A DNA stretch of 64,000 bases from Balanoglossus misakiensis (lineage: Eukaryota > Animalia > Hemichordata), in the NCBI GenBank assembly GCA_040954595.2, contig CM082576.2:854648-918647 (forward strand), in the 5' to 3' direction. The notes under the pieces are model-generated. The model did no database searches. It was not told the DNA's origin and was given only the letters and a program-made list of their open reading frames with translations. A program made the position numbers and the translations under genes. How positions within the stretch are numbered: position 1 is the stretch's first letter; every line of letters starts with the position of its first letter. Shown piece after piece: positions 45,167-55,195 of this stretch.

Positions 45167-46943
45167 TAAAATGAACATTTTAATCGTAAGATTTTGCTGT
45201 ATGTACAGGTAAATGATAATTAAATGGAAAAATACATGTCAGATGAACAAGTCCCTTAAATAGTTTCTACCTTCTTGTGTTTTATCACACTTTGATGGAT
45301 GCACACATATAAATGTGAAAATATGACCTTTTCAACTCAGCAAACCTTTGATTGATGGTTTCCTTCACAACAAACTGAAAAGGAGGGTTCCAAAAAAGAC
45401 AATGTTTGCAAACCACTGATTATAAATTTGGTGATATTTGTGATTTTTCATTTCTTCTGGTATGCCTACCAAATGTTGCAATAGGATAAAGCTGTTGTAA
45501 ATTTAGACTTTAAAAAATACTCTGTTGAAAAATAACTCATAAATACATTTTTCTTTGGACTTTTAAATAGGTATAAAACTTGGATGGAGTAATACAATTT
45601 GTAAAGTACATGTAAACACTTCTTCTTGTTCTATTGCATATACAAGTTGATATGTGGAATACTGCCTGTGCAATATTTCACATCTCTGAAAAGTAGTTGT
45701 CATTTTAAAGTTTGAAAATGGTCAGTTTATAATATAGGAAAATTCAAATACTTCTAATTAAGTACTTTTCTTCTTCAATATGAAATAAAACTTGAGGTAA
45801 GACATCAATTTTCAAAAGCAGTGTTTCAAAAAATTACTGCTGGTAGAATGTCAAAGATTTGTATCTGTTTTGCCTTCAACTTCCTTCTGCAATATCTTAA
45901 TTCCGTGAAAAACTTAAAAACAAAGAGAAATTATACAATTCTAAAATTCAGCATAAAAACAATCATGACACTTCATACTATGTTAGCTTACATTTTTCTC
46001 CTACAAGCTGTTTTGATAAAATCCATTAACTATCAACTAGGGTTGTGCAGATCAGAATATATCCAAAATCATACATATTTGTGTATTATTTCAACAAATC
46101 AGCAAATTATCTGAACTCATAACCTGTATTTTATATACACTTCTCAAAGATTTACTCCCATTTAATATGTCTGGTCAAAATCAAATGTATAGGGAAATCT
46201 AGAAATGTATATGTTGACAGCCATTTATGAGAACATCAAATGATTATAATAGCCATATGAATAGCTTGAATAATTCTACTCATGCTTGTGTTACACTGTA
46301 TGCCTACTTAGTTTGTACAACTGACTCCCTTTTTACTATGTAATGCCAAAAGACGGTTGTTGCATGAGGGCGCTCTTCCTATTGGCCAGGGCAACTCAAG
46401 GTGATAGGTCTGAAGAATTTCAATACAAACCATGTAGACTCTGTTTAAAGCAAACTACGACTGCTAATAATGTTATTACAGAGACAATACTGTCTGTGAT
46501 TAAACCTATGCAACCAGCTAATAGTTCATTGGAGAAAATCACACATCTAATTGGGGTGTCTGATAGCCACAAGGAAGAATGAGTGGTCCCACTGTAACAT
46601 TTCCAAGTAAACCTAAATATAGAAGTCCAATGTGTGATGTCATATCACTGGCACTGTAAATATCAATGGCAGCCTCAGGGGAACTATGATTGCATTTTGA
46701 ACAGGATGATGGTGTTGCTACTATCCTTTGACTGACTTTTCACCATAACATGTCCAATATGCATAAATGGAAATTTTCACAACAAAGCCTCCCCCCCCCC
46801 CTGAAAATAATACAGGAGCTTGCCTGCTCCAATAACCATTACATCATCAATATATACAAGATTTGCTGTTGATTATTTGGATAAATAGAAATATATATTT
46901 ATATTTGATACAGTACTCTAGCAGAATAACTTCAGGTTTTCTG

Positions 46944-49900
46944 TCAGTCTTGTTCATATTTTTGTGGTCTAACTGTTGTTGGTGCCTCCACGCCATTTTC
47001 CATGTACATGGGTGCCACCACACGTCTTTGTTTCTTTGTCTTGCAAAGCGCTACGACCAAAATGACAAGCAGAACACCACAGATACACACTATACCAACA
47101 ACAATGCCAATCATTTGGCTACTGATAGTCTTTGGTTCTTTGGTGGTTGTAGTTGGTCCCTCTTCGAGTAATCTGAGAAGAAAAGTAGATGGTCTCAATA
47201 ATGGTGGTTACAAACAAATACCATTATTGTTGCTGTATCAGAGTGTATTCATGTTGAAGGAGACGACCAATGATGGATCTTATTAGCTTTAGACTGTTTG
47301 AAATCCCTTCTGCTGATTGCAAGTCCACTGAAATGCACACCTTACTCTCAAGTGTTTATTCAAAAAATCCACATACCTGATTTCAGTTGCAGTGTAATTA
47401 ACACCACTGAAGTCAATAATGAGCATCTCTTCAGCAATACTATTAGCAAGGTCATTGTACACCTGGGATGTTGTTATCCCTAAAATGTAAAGAAAAATTA
47501 TGTCTGGATTGTCAAGAATGATTGAAATCAATGAGACTCAAGAGTTAAGTTTTTAGGCATTCTATCAAAAGATTGGGACAACCCATATTTCTGATTAAAC
47601 TTTTAATAAATCAAAGTCTCTTGACCAACTGGCAATTCAAAATTAAGAGGAACAGAAAAAATATAAGATTGCAAACCTCCTTCATTTCCTGCAGAATATA
47701 TCTGTAATATCACCACCACACTACCTTCATTTACTTGAAGGATTTTGATCCGTGGTCTGTAAAAAATAACTATATTTTATCAAACTTACTGCAGTCGCTG
47801 TGAAACAAACACAGTGCCACAATTTGTAACAAATATCAGAAATATTCTCAAAAAATACATACATAATTTGATGCAGACTGAGGGTTTTATTTGTACAGAA
47901 AATGAAAAGAGTGAAGTGTCTACCTGGCAATTTGACAGTACTGGCTGATAGTATCAATGACAGCTTCTTTGAAATCAATTTGTTGGGTCCCGTCTGATAC
48001 CAGCTGATAATTCATATCAATTGTCAGTTCTAATGTTACATCAGAGTCAGACAGTGTTGTTACTTCTGTGGAAAAACAACAGGCAGCAAGAAAATGGGTT
48101 TCACTTCTTCTGATAACTTTCAACATACACAGTGAAGGTGTGCCCTCAGTTAGAAATGTGCTCCATATCAACCATCTGACATACAGTTACTGGTATAGAA
48201 CAACATGAGAGTAAACATAATCAAACCAAGATTATTCATCGGGAGAAAGATATAACTTACCTGGTTCTGCAGTGGTTGTTGGAAATACCAACAAGTCAAT
48301 CTCTGAGCTGCATATTCTACTCACAGATGGACAAGTCACTACACCATTGTAACCTGGAACCTGGGAAAGGAAGGCAAATATTTGTGTATTTCTGAGTATT
48401 GCTGTGTTATGGTGGCCTTTTTTTTCTCATTGTCCAACCAGCTTTAATATTTGGCACCAGTACAGGCCCTTAATTCTGAACCAAACTCGCCCTCTTTATC
48501 ATTCTATTATATGTAAAGTTCGATCAACTTTATGATATTAAAAAAATAACTATGAATGATTTACAAACTTACAGATATTATTGCTTGAGATGGACATAAT
48601 TGCCAAGGTGCATCTCCTACTTGAATCTCCAATGTATCCGTATCATTACATCGACTTCTGTAGCACCTTCCAGTTGCAGGTAAAGTCTGCAAAGAAGAAT
48701 ATGGTATTTTCAATCAATTTTGCTCAGCACAAATCTGCTGTTATTAGGAATCCAATGAAATTTTGTACCAATACACAGTACACAGTGAAAATCCAGCAGC
48801 TACGTCAATGCCCACATTACCAGTTAAAAATAAGCTTGGCTATTAAACCATGCACGACAATGAAAACACCAGAGATGAAATTTTCATTTTGGATGCCCTC
48901 TTACCTTGTGTGCTGTAGTTATAGAAGCCATGAAACATCTGCTGTCAAATGCATAATATTCACCAGAGATTTCCAGATTCTCATCCTCGGCATTAGCAGG
49001 ATCAAGACATGAAAACTGAAATCAGGGAAATGGATATTAACAAACTTGATATCCTTTCACCACCAAACAAAAGTCTTATTGTACAGTGAAATAGGAGCAT
49101 GAAGGGTTGGTGTCACTAGAAATGCAAATAATAGCGCCATTGGCACTGTAGCTACTATGCAATATAAAAACTGTGAAGCAATACTATTACGTTTACTAGT
49201 CTCAGAGAAATTGACAATGCTTTTGAGATCTTGGATCTGGAGACTTCGATATTTTCTCTCACCTTCTCATCAGCCTTGAATACTCTACAATCGTCTAAAT
49301 AGTGATTGGTTGTACAGTTCCCCTTATGCTTATGCAAATGATGGCAACCAACACCACTGGGAATGGAGAAGACACACAGAAAGTCAATGTATTAATGACC
49401 CCATCCCAACACTGGGATTACCCTAGGTAATCTATACATTGTAGCTTGCTTGTCACATATTGCCACAAAATAAGAATATTAGATTTGTAAATCTCCTGGG
49501 TTTCTTTCCTTCACCTCATAAATGAATACCACGCAAATTATTGGTTTTTGTTTGCGGTTTGTTACTTTCTATGTATGTAGCATTTGTTCACAGTGCTACA
49601 CTGAGTAAGGGTTGTCTCACCTGCCGCTGCAGAAGAATGAGTTGTCATTAGAGCAAGTTGTTGCACGACCAAAATAACAGCCTTGATCATTTCCCCAGTG
49701 CAGATCTTGGGCATTGGCGTAATTCACCTTATACCATCCACTGTCTTCAAATACAGCCAATGTGATCGGGTCTATCAATGTCAGGTGGGGCTGGAAACAC
49801 AATGTTAATGCAAATTATATTATCAATACAACAAATTCCCAGAGTCCCAACAAAGAATCTAACATGATCTAAGGCTGTCATAATTTGACTCTGTCAGTTT

Positions 49901-52900
49901 TCTAACATTGGAAATTTGAAACACTGTGTGACCAATGATGTATTCCTGAAATTCAACAGTGTGCGGAATACTTACCTGGCCAATAGTTGATGTCATCAGT
50001 GATCCTAACATGAATCTTGACTCCCAATGAGACGTATCCTGTAATACCCAAACAGACAGTGTAGAAAAAAAGGCATGTATTAAAACTGAACAGCTTGCAT
50101 TGAAGATATGAGCAACATGATCCCCAAATGTGTTCAGCCTACAGGTAACAGTTAAATGGACTGGAAAAAAAAACATGTTAGTGAAATAGGCTGTAGCTTT
50201 GAGACATCAACTGTAATGAGTATCATGCAGTATATGGCATGAGTTACAAGGGGGGAAGAAATGGCCATTGGATAGCAAAAAAGCCAAACAAGCTGTGAGC
50301 TGGTTTCCAATGAATGGAAAGCTCCAGTAAGTTTGGCATAACTCAGAACTGCTTGTATTTTCTTATTTGCCAGCTCTATCCCTGGATTACAATGTGACTT
50401 GAAAAAAATGACCAAGACACCAATACACATACTTTGTTTTCCAAGGGACCTCCAAAATCATCTTCCATGCAGTTGAAATGATCTTGTGTTCTGTTGATGA
50501 CCGCGGGCGTAGTAAGTCTGAGTTGACCTTGTGAATCTGTTGTCAGAACGTTGTTACGCTGTTCACAGTGTAGACCAGCAGTGTCTGAGGAAAGGATTCA
50601 AATCTTTCAGTTACTTAACAGTCAGAAAAAACTTGTAAAACCCAGATCATCCATATTGCTACGAACTTTAATCACTATGTGGTTGCTAAATGATGAAAAG
50701 TACTTCAGTTACAATACGGTAGTAATACTGTCATCACATTATGAAAGCTCTTGTAGTTTGTAAATTTGGAAATCATAACATGCACAATTTCCCCACAAAT
50801 CAGTGGTTGGAATATTCATCAAGATCTTTCACCTTCACAAGTTGGTTCAGCCCATTGTTTTTGTCAATGGTAAAGTTGGCGCCACACATACGGAAATAGG
50901 GGTGACAGGGGTTAATAACTTTCTGTGTTCTGTATGTATTTTATTCTCCCTTATCAACTTGATTCATTGGATAAATGTCATCTAGCAATATCCTGTTGTC
51001 TCCTTGCTGTTCTGAACACATGTGCTCTTGGCGTCATTGCTTGACATGTTTTCATAAACACATGTGCATTGCTTGTATCTTCACAGATTTGCCATAGTCA
51101 CTCCTGTTTAATATTCATTTAAACCACAACTGTTTTGGGGCTGGACCAACAAAAATGGCAGACATGATCCAATAGAAGGAAGGTTATTCTTGCACACTGA
51201 TGCAAAAACACAGTACATGTGATGAAGATGTTACAACCACTAACCATTATAGGTGCATTCCTTGAACTTCTCAAATAAGGAATTGGAAAATCCAAGAGCG
51301 TGGAAAATTTCATGGGCTGCAGTCTAAAAACAGAAATAGAAGAATAATCAGAGGTTTGTACAAGGAGCAGCATGATAAAATCACAATAAAAACTACAGCC
51401 AAGAGGTGTTAAAGGTTTCAGCATTGATGTTACAATAAAGAAGACAAATAGTGATTACATGGTCAGGCATGGCTTTTGCTGCACATCAAAATAACATTCT
51501 TGCCATTCTTGAATGTAAACCACATGACCTTCCCAGCTGCCCTGCCATATATTGCAATTTTAGATAACATAACATCTGCATTTGTCACATTTGAGAATAC
51601 ACAGCTAAAAATACTATCATCCTGAACCTTAATGGTTAAACAAATGTCAAAGAATTCCATAAAACATCTAGCAAATTAAATCTTCTATGGACAAAACATA
51701 TGTTTAAATTATACTCCTGAAATCATGTACATAACTTCCACAAAGACTATCAATTTATTACCTGAGGTTTTGGTGATGTATGTACTTACCAAAATAAATG
51801 TATCTTCATCGTAATTGTCTTGACTGAGATGAGATGGACAGAAATTGGAATAGCCTGCTAGTGGACGGTCATTCTGATCCAAGTTACAATATGCTGCATA
51901 TGCTATGATATTCTGTTGAGATTGTGGGTGTAACAAATGGAATGATCAGTCAGTTCAATTGTGATTCTAGACTCAATGACATTTCACAGCATTTTCCAGA
52001 ATAAATTTTAAAAAGAAATTCCCTTGGGGGTAACAATGGTCTTAATTGCCCACATGTGGAATTTAAACTCAAACTCAAGGTTTTAGGACAAAAGTAAAAT
52101 TAACATGCTATATCCGAAAGTCAACGTACCCCTGAGTTACAATTTGAAGTATGTTTGGCTCTAACATACAGAATAAAATCTGTATCAGCAAGCCCTGCTC
52201 CATTCGAAAAGTATTCCGTTGATGGCTCTGGATCACTGTCATCCCATACCCATAAACCTTCCACGTGATCATCTGGAATCTACAGCAAAAAGTTTTTTTG
52301 GTTAGTTTTGGCAAAAGTTGGATTAAGTAGGCTTTATCATAGTTGATTTGGGAAGCACACCATATGAAATACAGGTGATTGAATTTTAGGCAAAACACTG
52401 ACTTGGTCTCGATGGACAATGCACTTTTAACCAATTGTAAAATGTCCTTGCTTTAATAATAAATACTACTACTGTACCTTGAAATCATCCTCACAAATTT
52501 CTCCCACATAATTTTCATTTATGACTGCACACCTATTAGAGAATAAATGCAAATTCTGTGTTAGCATTACTGGGTTCAATTGCTATACTGGCCAAATCAG
52601 TGGTAATTCTGAACGAAGCAATGTACCCTCTTACAAACCGATTTATATGCCTTATATATTCACATACTTGTTGATATTTGGTCCATCATAATATGTAGCC
52701 CTGCACGATCCACTACTCCGCGACAACAAAAGTGGGCCCTGCACTGGTATTACTGCAAGAAAAATATTTAAAATACTACATTTATAAAATTATCTTCTTT
52801 ATGATATTAAATCATATATATTAAAAATAAAGTTTACACAATTTGATTTGGTCATATCAAAGCAATTTTTTTTCAATTGTCATTGTTCTGTGTTTTCATA

Positions 52901-53439
52901 GGGCAATAGGAACTTGGAGAAAAGAATAACCACTCCTGTCATTCTTATTTGCATCTTAATACTTTATTTTGCATTTCAATACTTTATTCAAATATGAGAA
53001 AACCCTGACAGTTTTGTCTCACTGTAGTTAAAGTTTTGGTCGTAGTAATGTAAATAGTTCGTATCTGACTTGGTCCATTGGTTCGTATTAATGGTTGAAT
53101 TGTACTTCTTTGCAACAGAAGTAAGTTCTTACCTGAAAGGTATCCTTGTATGATGGTGACAGCTCGCCGTACGACTTTCTGGAGTCTGTTCTGTTGAAGG
53201 CTGTCAAGCTCCTCGTCCAGATTGTAGAACATTAAAGCAATCCTGATGGGCTGATAATCCCCACCGCCACCCACCGATCTGCGCCATCTCCCCTCTGTGA
53301 TTCCCCCATATTGCACAATGCTTTTGGGCACGTTGGTTGGTTGAATCATGTCAGAGATGCAAGAGTTTTTGGCTATTATCGGGCAAAGTGCTGCCGTCGT
53401 AAAAAGAATCAAAATCAGCCATCCTGGCCCAATTATCAT
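46944..53439 (-). CDS. CIROP: CIROP/LMLN2-like leishmanolysin-family (M8) zinc metallopeptidase, type I membrane protein, 718 aa
   Basis: 17 GT-AG exons, phases consistent, 2157 nt: 53439-53133, 52752-52668, 52532-52478, 52279-52130, 51912-51790, 51323-51245, 50584-50433, 50038-49976, 49790-49621, 49356-49263, 49015-48905, 48686-48573, 48360-48261, 48065-47924, 47756-47677, 47479-47377, 47172-46944. Features: signal peptide, furin site RWRR|S, YQPIRI, PVQGPLLLSR, TDFILYVRAKHTSNC, IAYAAYCNLDQNDRPLAG, zinc motif HEIFHALGFS, SHWESR, Met-turn GSLMT, DPITLAVFEDSGWYKVNY, GCHHLHKHKGNC, TM MIGIVVGIVCICGVLLVILVVAL. Family call is secure; CIROP versus LMLN rests on recalled motif similarity. Confidence 0.88.
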
Positions 53440-53985
53440 GTCTCCTGAAAAAGAATTGCTTCTGAAATTCTTTGATTGGTCAGTACCAATCCACGCCGGT
53501 ATCCGACGGATATGTTAACTTTCACTACCACCAGTACCGGTAACACAATACGTATTGTACTATTGTAATGTGCGAGAAGACTGGCGTTGTTGGAATTTAT
53601 GACGGTAGTTTTTAACAACTCATTCCTTCGTGTATTTTACGATCCATATTCGACAACTATTTCCATACACTCCCACGTTAAATCAATGAGGTTACATATT
53701 GTTCGAGAATTCCAAAAGTTTAAAACTCATCCCGACGTGTTGCTTGTGTTAGTGTCATGTTACGCCAGGCTGTCAGTGTCATGTTCAACACAAAAGTTTT
53801 CAAAGTGATCCCTATACCTGTCCGGTATTTTGGCATTTCCGTTGGATCAAACACTTTACCACATCGGAGAAGAAGTACAAATGGTGACAGATGGCTCCAA
53901 ACAAACTGCGATGTCGAGATTTTCCCGCAACACGATCAACAACAAACTATTTTCGCCGTCTCTCACTACTTAAGTCGTCTCTCAC

Positions 53986-54254
53986 CTGAGTGTTTGTAGG
54001 ACAAGCAATTTACATGTTATTTGCATCTAATTAGGTACGTCTGATCGAACATATAACGATACTTTTGATTGGCGAAATAGGGTCGATCATGAAAGAATGT
54101 GTTTGATTGGATTGCTACATATCCTGTTGAGAAAATCGCAACCAGCACACAAACAACATGGCTGCCAATAGGTTGATCCCGAAAATATAAATATTCTCTA
54201 AATAGTAGATATTTGACACCATCGGAAGACCTCACCACGATCATGACGAGCAAA
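53986..54254. promoter_or_regulatory. Bidirectional promoter shared by CIROP-like (-) and ACTR10 (+)
   Basis: CIROP ATG sits 5 nt after a minus-strand acceptor (exon begins 53444), and a minus-strand donor CAG|GTGAG ends a 5' UTR exon at 53986. ATTGG 54068-54072 and 54106-54110, YY1-like AACATGGCTGCC 54155-54166, CCAAT 54165-54169; CpG-rich. Confidence 0.55.
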
Positions 54255-55138
54255 ATGCCTCTGTTTGAAGGGCTTGGTACGGGAGGCGAGAAAACTGCGG
54301 TTGTTCTCGATATAGGGGCAGCGTATACAAAGTAAGTATCGGCGAGAGACTGATGACAGATGTAGTCACTAGTGAATGGAAAGGTGTGAAATGTGAATGT
54401 ACATGATGTACAATACAACTTAGACAAGGCATACTCGCGCATGTCTCAGATTAGAAAATGGGTGGCGTTTATAAGATAAAATTACTGAGGTTGAGTAACC
54501 GTATGCATAATTTAGTGCTTATCTTAACCTTGATAATTGAGATTGTGACATGTGTTATATGTTCAGTTCAGTTTAGTGAGTAGCTTGAGGTTTTGCATTG
54601 GTTTGTGTGTCTGGTTTTGGCGTTTAACAGTAACACACAAACCAAGGCAAAACCTCAAGCTACTGAACTGCATCTAGAAATCTTCATGCATGCACCGGTA
54701 CTAGCCTAAGACTGTTACGTGTTAGAGGAAACCGTAACATTTTCATGTGCACAATGGCATTGTGTTCTGATATTTCAAACACCAGATATTACTGATAGTA
54801 CCTTTGCTTTATTTTATTTGCAGAATTGGGTTTGCTGGTGAATCTTCACCCAGAAGTATCATTCCAAGTGAAGTTAAACGATCGCGTTCTGAAAAAATTG
54901 ACAAAGTGGATTTCTTTGCTGTTGACTCAGAAGAACTATATCCTATATTGATTGATTTTTTACATTATATTTATTTTAGGTAACACTTCATATCAATTTT
55001 TTCAATATAATCAATTTAAGTATTGTGTAGTCAGCTGTGAAAAGATCCCTGGAATGAAAAGATAGACAGGTGTTATAGCTGAGAACTGAGCACAAAAGGC
55101 AATCTTGATCATCATCATCATCATCATCATCATCAATG

Positions 55139-55195
<57 letters not shown>

